Assembly (NCBI GenBank): GCA_965197725.1
Contig: CBDANQ010000049.1
Coordinates: forward strand, 1 to 64,000
Direction: 5' to 3'
Length of the DNA stretch: 64,000 nt
DNA from: Longimicrobiales bacterium
GTDB taxonomy: Bacteria; Gemmatimonadota; Gemmatimonadetes; Longimicrobiales; Gaopeijiaceae
Shown here: positions 49,457 through 58,570 of the stretch, in pieces
Layout of the letters: each line of letters opens with the position of its first letter
Numbering within the stretch: the stretch's first letter is position 1
Notes under the pieces: model-generated
What the model was told of the DNA's origin: nothing
Databases searched by the model: none
Seen by the model: only the letters and a program-made list of their open reading frames with translations
Program-made: the position numbers and the translations under genes

Positions 49457-51742
49457 TCAGAACGAGAAGGCTACTCCGAAGACTGGAAGTAGCGGCCGTT
49501 CGGCGAGGGGTGTGAGCTCGTCGCTCCGCCACGACTGGAACGTGTAAAAGAGTGCATCGCGACGGTCGAGCGCGTTCAGGACACGCAGGTATGGGCGCAC
49601 GCTCCAGCGTCGGCCGCCCCATTCTGGACGCAGGATCGCGTGTACCTCGACATCGATGCGAAGGAACTCCTCGTCGAGCCCTGACACGAGCGGAGAGTCC
49701 TGGCTCCTCTGGATGGCGCCACCGGCGTCGTCTGGCCCTGCCGTGGCCAGATCGTCCGCTTCCGCCCCGAGGCCGCGGAAGGGGATGCTCGTGTACGGCA
49801 GGCCTGCACCGTACGCGACTCGAATCTCTCCGTGAAGCGGTCCGCTGAGACCTCCTGAAAGCCCCGCGCTCAACAGATGGCGACCCGCGAAGTCGGAGCT
49901 GTACCCGGAGAGGTCTGCCGTCGACCAGAACCACGAGAGCCCGTACCCCAGCCACATCGCCGCCCGCGTCCCGGCGCTCTTCACTTGGAGGTCGATGCCG
50001 GACGAGCGGATCGTCTTCTCGGGTGCGGCCTCCAGCCCCTCGTACCGCTTCCAGAATCCTTGCAGGCCGAGCCTTACGCTGGTGCCGAGCGTCTGGTCAA
50101 GGGATACGACCACGTGGTCCGCGGTAGCCACCGGTAAGAGGGCGGACGCGGGCAAGTCCTGCTCGACGACTTCTGCGAGCGTTCTCTCGACTTCGACGTC
50201 GGGCGTGCGGGTCGGCTGGTGGTAGCGCCCTACCGCGATCGTGATCAGCGCGTCCGGATCGAAGTCCCACATCAAGGCGACACGCGGGGCGAGGCGGAAG
50301 CCGCCGAACGAGAAGGCATCTCCGCGAAGGCCGGCCCGCAGGGTCAGTGCGGGCCCGAACGGTCGGGTCGCGTCCAGATACGCCCCCGTCGTGGTCGTCT
50401 GAGTCCGTGTGCTCGTCGCTGGCCCACCACCCAGCGCTCGGGCGGCGAATGCCGCGTCGATGCGTTCGTGAGACACACCGAGCCGGAGGCGTTCCCCAGG
50501 GGCGCCCCAAGCGAATTCGCCGACCATCCTGATGCGGTCGGTCGCGGCGGTTGCGAGCAAAGCGTCCGGGGTCGGCTCATCGGCTGGCGCCGTCGGCTGC
50601 AGGGGAAGCGACGCGCGATATCCGCTCCCCGCCGCCATCAGCTCCAGCGTGCCGGTACCTACTGCTCCTCTGTACTTCACGGAACCGGCGCGGTTCGACC
50701 AGCTCGCGTCGTCCGGTGCGTTGGCGAAGTCCAACAGGACCGCCTCCGAGTTCCAGAAGCCGGTGCCGCGGATCAAGTGTCCCCTCGTCGGCTCGATTTC
50801 CATCCCCAGCAGCACATCCCGGTAGCCGTACGGGCGCCGGCCCCGGAGTGCCGTCGCGCCCAGGTCGTGCAGCGATCGCGCCGATGCGATGTAGCCTCCA
50901 CGTGAGCCGAGCGGCCCCTCCAAGGCGGACGTGGCGGCGAGCAGATCCAGCGAGCCCGATGCCCGAACGCGGTCCCTTCGGGGTCGGCGCGTCTCGAGGT
51001 CGAGGATGTGTGTGAGGCCACCGTCATACCGCGCCGGCGCTCCACCGACGTGAAGCGCTGCGCTGCCGAGCACCGCTGGTTCGAAGCTGCGCATGAGTCC
51101 GCCAACGTGGAACGGTGTGTAAACCGGTGCCCCGTCGAGCAGAACGAGCTTCAGGTCCGTAGTCGACCCCCTCATGTAGAGCACGTCGGTGGCGTCGGCG
51201 GGATCGTTTCCGGGCAGGGACTGCACCGCGTCGAGCAAGCCCGGATGTCCGACCCCAGGAGTGAGGTCCAGGGCCTGCACCTCGAGCACTGGCATCGGAA
51301 CCCGTTTGCCGGCCGCCTCATCAACGTCCGGCGCGCGCGGCGCGCCAACCACGTACACCGGGTCCAGCTCGACGGGCTCGGCCTGCAGCTCCAGGTCGAC
51401 CCGCACGTCGGCTCTGGGGGGAACGAGCACGTGCACCGAAAGCGAAGCGTGCCCGGCGTGCATTACGCTGAGACGGATCTCCCCGGCCGGAAGGTCGTCG
51501 AATCGATACCGCCCGACGCTGTCGGCGAGGACCGTTCGTCGAGTGGTCGCTACGAGTGCCTCAACGACCGCGTTCGGCAGCGGGGTGCGTCGCCCGTCGA
51601 AGATCCCGGTGACCACGCCGCCTATCGACGCAGTCGCGGTGTCCGACGCCCTCACCTGGGCATGGGACATGGACGGGACACTGGCGAAGACGGCGAGCAG
51701 AGCCGCTCGGCGGAGTGCTCGGAAGTACGGCGACGTTTGCAT
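49457..51742 (-). CDS. TonB-dependent receptor with N-terminal carboxypeptidase-regulatory-like domain
   Basis: Signal peptide; DSVGRYRF..LPAG; plug (SLPG..YMRG..LLDGAPVY..H, PARYDG); C-terminal FGVAFSF. Confidence 0.85.
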   Translation of the reverse strand: MQTSPYFRALRRAALLAVFASVPSMSHAQVRASDTATASIGGVVTGIFDGRRTPLPNAVVEALVATTRRTVLADSVGRYRFDDLPAGEIRLSVMHAGHASLSVHVLVPPRADVRVDLELQAEPVELDPVYVVGAPRAPDVDEAAGKRVPMPVLEVQALDLTPGVGHPGLLDAVQSLPGNDPADATDVLYMRGSTTDLKLVLLDGAPVYTPFHVGGLMRSFEPAVLGSAALHVGGAPARYDGGLTHILDLETRRPRRDRVRASGSLDLLAATSALEGPLGSRGGYIASARSLHDLGATALRGRRPYGYRDVLLGMEIEPTRGHLIRGTGFWNSEAVLLDFANAPDDASWSNRAGSVKYRGAVGTGTLELMAAGSGYRASLPLQPTAPADEPTPDALLATAATDRIRMVGEFAWGAPGERLRLGVSHERIDAAFAARALGGGPATSTRTQTTTTGAYLDATRPFGPALTLRAGLRGDAFSFGGFRLAPRVALMWDFDPDALITIAVGRYHQPTRTPDVEVERTLAEVVEQDLPASALLPVATADHVVVSLDQTLGTSVRLGLQGFWKRYEGLEAAPEKTIRSSGIDLQVKSAGTRAAMWLGYGLSWFWSTADLSGYSSDFAGRHLLSAGLSGGLSGPLHGEIRVAYGAGLPYTSIPFRGLGAEADDLATAGPDDAGGAIQRSQDSPLVSGLDEEFLRIDVEVHAILRPEWGGRRWSVRPYLRVLNALDRRDALFYTFQSWRSDELTPLAERPLLPVFGVAFSF

Positions 51743-51744
51743 CG

Positions 51745-52485
51745 TCAGGGCACGATGAACCGGATTCGATCGGCGTCTCGCTCGACGATGGGCACGGACA
51801 CGCTTTCACCGCCGGCCGCGCGTTGAAGATACATGCCTCCGTTCACCTCCAATGATGCCGCTGAGATCGACTCCGGAAACTCGATTGTGACCGGCCCACC
51901 GGTGATCGTCGCCCGCACCCGCCCCTCCGCTGACGTGAAGGAGCTTCCCCGTGCGCCAAGCACCGTCACCGCCGGTCCCGTGACCCAGCGTACCTCGATC
52001 GAGGTTCCGGAGGGCACCTGGTCGAGCTCAACCACGACCGGACCGTCCTCGACAATGATGCGTATGCCGACCGGCTCGCCCGACACCGCTGGCGCCAGCG
52101 CACTCGGTGCGGGTGCCTGCGGCCCTCGACCACTGATGAATTCGCGTAGCGGCGAACCCGGAAGGGCCGACAGTCCGCCGGTGGTCAGGAGTAGGAACGT
52201 CGCGGCTCTCCCGAGCGTCCAGAAGGACGTACGCACCCGCGGCTCGCGACTCTGCCCAGCCGTTGCTTCACGGTTCGCGAGCCGAGCCCGCATGGCTTCG
52301 CGCGCCGATTCCACGTTGAACCGCTCATCGAGGTCGGTGAGCGCCGACGCGATGTCGGTCGCGCGTGCCTCCGCCTCTTCCAGCGCCGTCCGGCACATCT
52401 CACACTCGCCGAGGTGGGCGCGCGCGTCGGCGACCGGGATGCCGTCGCGCAGCTCGAGGATCGCTCTCTCCGTGAGGTGACTCAT
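51745..52485 (-). CDS. Zinc-finger (HxxxCxxC) transmembrane anti-sigma factor
   Basis: HLGECEMC, single TM, periplasmic beta domain; overlaps the ECF stop. Confidence 0.8.
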   Translation of the reverse strand: MSHLTERAILELRDGIPVADARAHLGECEMCRTALEEAEARATDIASALTDLDERFNVESAREAMRARLANREATAGQSREPRVRTSFWTLGRAATFLLLTTGGLSALPGSPLREFISGRGPQAPAPSALAPAVSGEPVGIRIIVEDGPVVVELDQVPSGTSIEVRWVTGPAVTVLGARGSSFTSAEGRVRATITGGPVTIEFPESISAASLEVNGGMYLQRAAGGESVSVPIVERDADRIRFIVP

Positions 52486-53009
52486 GCCGGCTCTCCTGCG
52501 GCAGCGAGGACGTCTGTGAACCGGCGTTCCGCACGGGCGAGCAGGGTACCGACCGAGGTGGCGGCCACGTCGACCGCCTCGGCGATCTCGCGGTAGCTGA
52601 AGCCGGAGTAACGCATGAGCAGCATCTCGCGGTCCCGGGCGGGCATGGCGTCCAGCGCACGGCGAGCCCTCGCTCGGTTTTCTGTTCGCTCGAGGGCCTT
52701 GTCCGGGGATTCGGGATCGGTTGTCATGATCGGGTTCTCACTCAAGAGTCGCTTGCGGTTTCCCTCGACCCGGTAGCGGTCCCGAATCAGGTGCGTCGCG
52801 GTCTTGAAGAGCCACGCTCGGATTCCGGCGGAGCTCCCCTCGACGTCGCGCTCGAAGAGCCGGACCATCGCCTCCTGGGCGACGTCCTCGGCCGCGTCCC
52901 GGTCACCGCTCAAGCGGTGACAGTAGCGCACGAGTGGCAGGTACTCCTCGTCGAACGTGGTGTCGAAGTCCACGGCGTTCCTGGCAGGGTCTCGCAACAC
53001 CGACACCAT
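52482..53009 (-). CDS. ECF-family RNA polymerase sigma factor
   Basis: AEDVAQE, AWLFKTA, GFSYREIAEAV, VGTLLARA. Confidence 0.92.
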   Translation of the reverse strand: MVSVLRDPARNAVDFDTTFDEEYLPLVRYCHRLSGDRDAAEDVAQEAMVRLFERDVEGSSAGIRAWLFKTATHLIRDRYRVEGNRKRLLSENPIMTTDPESPDKALERTENRARARRALDAMPARDREMLLMRYSGFSYREIAEAVDVAATSVGTLLARAERRFTDVLAAAGEPA

Positions 53010-53094
53010 TTCGTGTCGGTTCCGGCCGGTTCTACCCGGTCGGGGGTCATGAGGTCTTTACCCAAGGAACGAGTGAGGGCCCACGACCGTGACG

Positions 53095-54273
53095 TTACCC
53101 CGCTGACACTTCCTCTTCGTCGACACCGGGGATCTGATCGAGCAGACGCTCAATGAGGGCTAAGGTGCGTGGGTAGCTGACGATCATCACGACTACCGCG
53201 AGCCCTGTCCCCAGTGCGGGCCGCATCGAGATGCGTGCGACGAGCGCCCCCGAGAGCAGAGTTTCCAGTCCGGTCGCGACCAAGAGGCCGATGAGCGCGA
53301 GCGCGGTCAGCGCGACCACGCGGCGTGCGATCGCTGCCGAGTCGATGGCGCCGGTATAAAAGACCGCCATCGACACACCCCACAAGAACCCGAGCAGCCC
53401 GAGGTCCAGCAGAATCGGGCGCCACGCGATCGGCGGTTCGGACCATCCGGTCGCGGACACCAGGACGTTGCCACCGATGAGCAGAGTGATCGCCGCGGTG
53501 AGCAGGGCAAGCCCGACAAGCATCCACCAAATGTCGGCGCGTTCTCCAGCGCCGCCCACCAGCCACGAGTGCCGGAGGTTGAGCACGACCATGCCGACGG
53601 CCATGAAGCGGACCAAATCCATGAGTGGGTTCAGCCCCGCGTCGGCGAGAGACCGCCCCACGAGTGCGTTCATCGACAGTACGACCGCAAGGAGAACCAC
53701 GACCGCGATCCACGGAGCGGCTGGTGACAACAGGTGGCTGCGCGCAGCCTGAAGCGTGCGCAGACCGATGGGGAGCGACTCTGGGGGGGAGAGCTCCTCT
53801 GGGGTCAGCCTGCAGGGGAAGATCGACGTGAAGCGGATCATACCAGCCAGGCCGAGCAATTCCACCAGAGGGAAGTGAGCCTGGAAAACCGTACGGAGTG
53901 CCCCGGGGTCGGGCCGCAGGAGCACGACGATGCCCGAGTATGCCAGCAGGTAACTCCAGGCCGCCAGGGTCACGGCGAGGACTCTGGCCCCCCTGTTCGG
54001 ATCACCCCTGAAAACCAGCGCGATCGCGAGCAGACCCGAGCTCACTGACACGACCGCATCCGCCGCGACCAGCGTCAGGAACGACGGCGTTGGGTTGCCG
54101 ACCAGCGTTCCAGCCAAGCCGAGCGAAACGCCGGAGAGAGCATCCAGATGCGCGACCTGCCCGACCATCGCGGAGACAGCGAGCAGCAGAACGAGAACAC
54201 GCGCGACCAGCGTCGCCGCCAACGTCATGAGTCGGTTCCATCTCCGGAGTGGGCTGCGTTTCAATAGTGCCAT
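53095..54273 (-). CDS. Polytopic membrane protein of unknown function
   Basis: About 10 hydrophobic segments, no cytoplasmic output domain; start uncertain. Confidence 0.7.
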   Translation of the reverse strand: MALLKRSPLRRWNRLMTLAATLVARVLVLLLAVSAMVGQVAHLDALSGVSLGLAGTLVGNPTPSFLTLVAADAVVSVSSGLLAIALVFRGDPNRGARVLAVTLAAWSYLLAYSGIVVLLRPDPGALRTVFQAHFPLVELLGLAGMIRFTSIFPCRLTPEELSPPESLPIGLRTLQAARSHLLSPAAPWIAVVVLLAVVLSMNALVGRSLADAGLNPLMDLVRFMAVGMVVLNLRHSWLVGGAGERADIWWMLVGLALLTAAITLLIGGNVLVSATGWSEPPIAWRPILLDLGLLGFLWGVSMAVFYTGAIDSAAIARRVVALTALALIGLLVATGLETLLSGALVARISMRPALGTGLAVVVMIVSYPRTLALIERLLDQIPGVDEEEVSAG

Positions 54274-54503
54274 CGGAACCCGCGGCGCCACAAGCGTGGA
54301 AACCCGCTGCTGCGCGCCCGGATCACGAGGTCCCCGACTTGCGCACGCTGGTCGAGGGGATAGACCTGTAGTCCCCCACAGGGGGCTCAGTCTCGGCGGG
54401 GCAACCCCTCGCCGTTCTCAGCCCTTCGGTTTAGAATTGAGCGTTGCACGGACCCACCGTGCCCGCGTGGGGCACTGTATTCGGTATATCTGACGGTTTC
54501 GCG

Positions 54504-56120
54504 ATGCGCTTCGCCTACATGGACTCCCACGGCAACGAAGTCCCCATTCCGAGCGTCGACGCACTAGCGCTACGCATCGAGCTCGGCGCGATCAGCGCCG
54601 ATACAGAGCTGTACGACGCTCAGGCTGACCGGTGGGGACCGGCGCACACGCACGACATCTTCCACACGCTGTCGCGAGATGCGGAAGAGGAGGGTTTCGT
54701 AGCTCCTCCCCCCGCAATGGCGCCGCAGCCCCCGGCGTCAGAATCACCTTCGGCTGAAGGTGCCGAATCGGAGGCGGACGCTGGCCTCGATGACCTCGAC
54801 TTTTCTCTTGCCGACGCACCTGAGGTGGAACCGGTTGGCGGTGCGAGCGCCGACGCCGGGGACACGGACTTTAGTGAGTTGGGCTTCGAACCGGCTCCCG
54901 AGGCCGCGGATGAGCCCTCGGGTGACGGCGCCGACGAGGAGGACGGCGGCTTCGACTTCGGCGACTTCAGCGCCCTGATTGAGGGAGAGCTATCGGTCGG
55001 CGCCGAATCGGAATCGGAAACTGTGTCGGCGGACCCGGGTGGTGGAATGGACTCGCCGATGGACCTGTCAGGTGAGGGGATGCAGTTGGAGCCGCCGATG
55101 GACTTCGCGGGCGGGGACGATACCGGGATCTCGGCGGGAGGACTCGAGCTCGAACAGCCCCTGTCGGACTACACGCCTGAAGCTCCCCAAGCCTCGCAGC
55201 AGGAGGACCAGGATGACGGTGCGATGGATTTCGGGGGCGGAATTTCCTCGCCAGCGGTCAGCGACCCGTCGGAGACCGCTCGCGTCGCGGGCGGGGACGA
55301 GGCGCCAAGCGAGCGGAAGCCACGTTCACGGCCCTCAGCTCCACGCCGACCGACGAAGGTCCCAGTCGGCATGATCGTCGGGGTGGTCGTCATCTTAGGG
55401 GGCGGGGCTGCCGGTTTCTTCGCCTGGCAGTCGTTTGCGGGCACTGAGGGGGTCGAGACCCCCGCGCTTCCGGCGGTCGTGATTCCAGACATCCCGGCCG
55501 AACTTCTGCCCCGCATGAGGGACATGGCGGAGGCTGCGGTCATCGAGATGGTAGAAGACTTGCGCGGCCGATCGGCGGCGCTGGACATCCCGACCCAGCC
55601 CCGAGACGCGTGGTTGGGCGGCGACTACCTTTCCAATGCCAGCCAGTTCGAGGACATCGAGCAGTTCTGGGTGGGCATCGAGCGCTTCGTCGATGATGTG
55701 AGGAGTACGGACGCGCAGCTCTTCCATGACAAGTACGTGCAACAAACCGAAGCGGCGGGTATCGCGGCAGACACGGCGGCCATGCTGATCGAGAGGGCCG
55801 ACTCAGGGTTCGTCGCTGCTCGCGACGGGCGCTTCGAGGCGTACAACCTGATGGACGATCTGCTGAACGCGGCGCTCGACCTCCACTTGTTCCTGCTCGA
55901 CAACGAACCGATGATCGCATATGAACCTGCGAGCGCGGGTGTCTCGCGCGATCCGGTGCTCGAGGCGGTACCGAGCACGGAGATGCTAGGGGAAGAGATG
56001 TGGGGCCTCGTCGGCGGTATCACCGACGCCCTCGCCGCGCTTGGAACCCTCGACCGCGTGACTCGGGAGCGGCTGTTCGCTGTGCTCTTCGACCGAATTC
56101 GGAGCGCAGGCATCCAGTAG
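54504..56120 (+). CDS. Hypothetical bitopic protein: small N-terminal domain, long acidic linker, TM, helical C-terminal domain
   Basis: D/E/G/F-rich low-complexity stretch; TM GMIVGVVVILGGGAAGFFAW. Confidence 0.78.
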   Translation: MRFAYMDSHGNEVPIPSVDALALRIELGAISADTELYDAQADRWGPAHTHDIFHTLSRDAEEEGFVAPPPAMAPQPPASESPSAEGAESEADAGLDDLDFSLADAPEVEPVGGASADAGDTDFSELGFEPAPEAADEPSGDGADEEDGGFDFGDFSALIEGELSVGAESESETVSADPGGGMDSPMDLSGEGMQLEPPMDFAGGDDTGISAGGLELEQPLSDYTPEAPQASQQEDQDDGAMDFGGGISSPAVSDPSETARVAGGDEAPSERKPRSRPSAPRRPTKVPVGMIVGVVVILGGGAAGFFAWQSFAGTEGVETPALPAVVIPDIPAELLPRMRDMAEAAVIEMVEDLRGRSAALDIPTQPRDAWLGGDYLSNASQFEDIEQFWVGIERFVDDVRSTDAQLFHDKYVQQTEAAGIAADTAAMLIERADSGFVAARDGRFEAYNLMDDLLNAALDLHLFLLDNEPMIAYEPASAGVSRDPVLEAVPSTEMLGEEMWGLVGGITDALAALGTLDRVTRERLFAVLFDRIRSAGIQ

Positions 56121-56163
56121 ACGCGACACTAAGGCGAATCAGCGACAGCGGATCGGTCGCGTC

Positions 56164-56295
56164 CTACACCGCGACCCGGTTCCCCAGCACTTCGGCGAGA
56201 TCGCGCGTGACGAGGATCGCCGACCCCTCCGACAGGCCGATCCCCAGCAAATGTGGGTATTCTTCCAAGACGTCGATGAGGTTGTTTTCGCGGCC
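56164..56295 (-). pseudogene. Fragment resembling a cyanophycinase/peptidase S51 C-terminus
   Basis: GRENNLIDVLEEYPHLLGIGLSEGSAILVTRDLAEVLG resembles the 'R...L......LLGIGIDE.TA..V.....EV.G' segment; no catalytic GxSAG part. Confidence 0.5.
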
Positions 56296-56441
56296 CGGTC
56301 GCCTCTTTGAGCGGAGCCGCGAGGGCCGCGAGGTCGGCGACTGAACGGCCGCGCGTATGCAGGACCTCGAGCCTGCTCGACACCGGCCTTCTGGAGCTCC
56401 TCGATCGCGGTCAAGCCGTTGTGAGAGCCGTAGGGAGACCT

Positions 56442-57050
56442 CTAGAGGTAGGGATTCTCGCCCGAGGCATGATCTGTTACGTCGTGCACGGCGGTCAGCT
56501 CTGGGACCTCCTCCCTCAGCATGCGCTCCACACCTTGCCGCAGCGTCGCGCGGGAGAGCGCGCAACCCTGGCATCCACCGCTCATCTCGACCGAGATCTC
56601 CGTATCATGGACGTCGATCAGGGAGATCTGGCCTCCGTGGGCAGCGATTGCCGGGTTCACGTTGTTGTCGAGGACTTCGCGTACGCGATCGGCGATCTCC
56701 CCGGTCGGAGGCATAGCCGGCCGTGCCGTCGTGGCCTCGGCTCCGTCGGCCGATGCCGTGTCACGCGTGCGGACCTCGAAACCGCTCTCGTTCACTCGAT
56801 CGACGTAGTCGACGGTCGCTCCCTCGAGTCGCTCGATCGCCGTCTCGTGCAATAGGACGGAAAAGTCACCGAGGTCCACCTCTCGCTCGTCTTCACTGCG
56901 CTCCCGGAGCGCGACCAGAGTCAGGTCGAACTTGGGTCCTGCCTGGGGGTCGCCGTCCCGAAGTGAGATACGTAGCGCTTCCGACTCGCCCTCACTCTTG
57001 CCGAGGAACGAGAGAACTTCTTCGTGAGCGCGGTCTGTAAACGTGATCAT
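56442..57050 (-). CDS. nfuA: Fe-S biogenesis carrier NfuA
   Basis: Degenerate A-type N-domain; VNPAIAAHGG, GGCQGC, DVTDHASGENPY. Confidence 0.92.
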   Translation of the reverse strand: MITFTDRAHEEVLSFLGKSEGESEALRISLRDGDPQAGPKFDLTLVALRERSEDEREVDLGDFSVLLHETAIERLEGATVDYVDRVNESGFEVRTRDTASADGAEATTARPAMPPTGEIADRVREVLDNNVNPAIAAHGGQISLIDVHDTEISVEMSGGCQGCALSRATLRQGVERMLREEVPELTAVHDVTDHASGENPYL

Positions 57051-57214
57051 GCGAAATCGCGGTGTGGGTGACTTCTACGAATCCGACACAACTGTTACCC
57101 GACCCCGCGCCGCGGGTTTCTACACCCTCCAGGCCGTTGATCGCCCACAGGGCCACGGATACCTTTCGCGGCCCGACTCCTGACGACGAAACCCCCCGAA
57201 ACTAAAGGGGATTC

Positions 57215-58531
57215 ATGGCCAAACCCGACCTCATGGACAAGCTCGTATCGCTGTGCAAACGGCGGGGCTATGTCTTCCAGTCCTCGGAGATCTACGGCGG
57301 CACCGGGTCTGTGTGGGACTACGGTTCGCTCGGCGCCGAGCTCAAGCGGAACGTGAAGGATCTCTGGTGGTCGTCGATGGTCCACCAGCGCGACGACATC
57401 GAGGGCATAGACGCCGCCATCTTGATGCACCCGAAGGTTTGGCAGGCGTCAGGTCACGTGGAGGGGTTTTCGGACCCGCTGGTGGAGTGCAAGAACTGTC
57501 ACTGCCGCTTCCGCGCCGATCTGCCGGAGGTCGAGGACGGACAGTGCCCGACGTGCGGCACGAGGAACGCCTTCACCGAGCCCCGCATGTTCAACCTCAT
57601 GTTCAAGACGTTCATGGGGCCTGTGGAGGACTCTTCCGCGACGATCTACATCCGTCCGGAGACCGCCCAGGGCAGCTACGTGAACTTCCTGAACGTTCAG
57701 GGAACGGCGCGCCAGAAGGTGCCATTTGGAATCGCGCAGATCGGCAAGGCGTTCCGCAACGAGATCACGCCGGGGAACTTCATCTTCCGCACGCGTGAGT
57801 TCGAGCAAGCCGAGATGCAGTTCTTCGTAAAGCCTGGCGACGATGAGTCGTGGTTCGATCAGTGGATGGAGATCCGCATGCAGTGGCACAGGGATCTCGG
57901 AATCGACGAAACGAAGCTGCGTTTTCACGCGCACGGTCCTGACGAGCTCGCCCACTATGCCAAGAAGGCGTTCGACATCGAGTACGAGTTTCCGTTCGGG
58001 TGGAAGGAGCTCGAGGGCATCCACAACCGCACGGACTTCGATCTGGCCCGGCATCAGGAGTACTCGGGCAAGCGGCTCGAGTACATCGACGCGCCCACGA
58101 ACGAACGGTTCCTTCCGTACGTCGTCGAGACGGCCATGGGGGTCGACCGCGCCGTACTCGTCCTGCTCGTCGACGCGTACAGGGAGGAAGACATCGACGG
58201 CGACCAACGTGTAGTGCTGGGGCTGAACCCCAAGGTGGCGCCCACGAAGGCTGCGGTCTTTCCGCTCGTGAAGAAGGACGGCATGCCCGAGATCTCACAG
58301 AAGCTGCAGGCCGATCTACGCGCAGCGGCGATCCCCTCCTTCCATGACCAATCCGGGGCGATCGGGCGGCGATACCGCCGACAGGACGAGGTCGGGACGC
58401 CCTGGTGCATCACGGTCGATGGTGAGACTGGCGAGCAGAACTCCGTGACCATCCGTGACCGTGACTCGCTCCAGCAGGTGCGGGTGGGGACCGACAAGGT
58501 GGTCGAGTGGATCCAGGAGCGCTTGATCTGA
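57215..58531 (+). CDS. glyQS: Glycine--tRNA ligase (alpha2 type)
   Basis: CKRRG, EIYGG, RPETAQG, FRNEITP, FRTREFEQ, IGRRYRRQDEVGTP. Confidence 0.97.
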   Translation: MAKPDLMDKLVSLCKRRGYVFQSSEIYGGTGSVWDYGSLGAELKRNVKDLWWSSMVHQRDDIEGIDAAILMHPKVWQASGHVEGFSDPLVECKNCHCRFRADLPEVEDGQCPTCGTRNAFTEPRMFNLMFKTFMGPVEDSSATIYIRPETAQGSYVNFLNVQGTARQKVPFGIAQIGKAFRNEITPGNFIFRTREFEQAEMQFFVKPGDDESWFDQWMEIRMQWHRDLGIDETKLRFHAHGPDELAHYAKKAFDIEYEFPFGWKELEGIHNRTDFDLARHQEYSGKRLEYIDAPTNERFLPYVVETAMGVDRAVLVLLVDAYREEDIDGDQRVVLGLNPKVAPTKAAVFPLVKKDGMPEISQKLQADLRAAAIPSFHDQSGAIGRRYRRQDEVGTPWCITVDGETGEQNSVTIRDRDSLQQVRVGTDKVVEWIQERLI

Positions 58532-58570
58532 TGGGATCACCGTAAAGGGATCACTTTAAAGGGATCGCGC

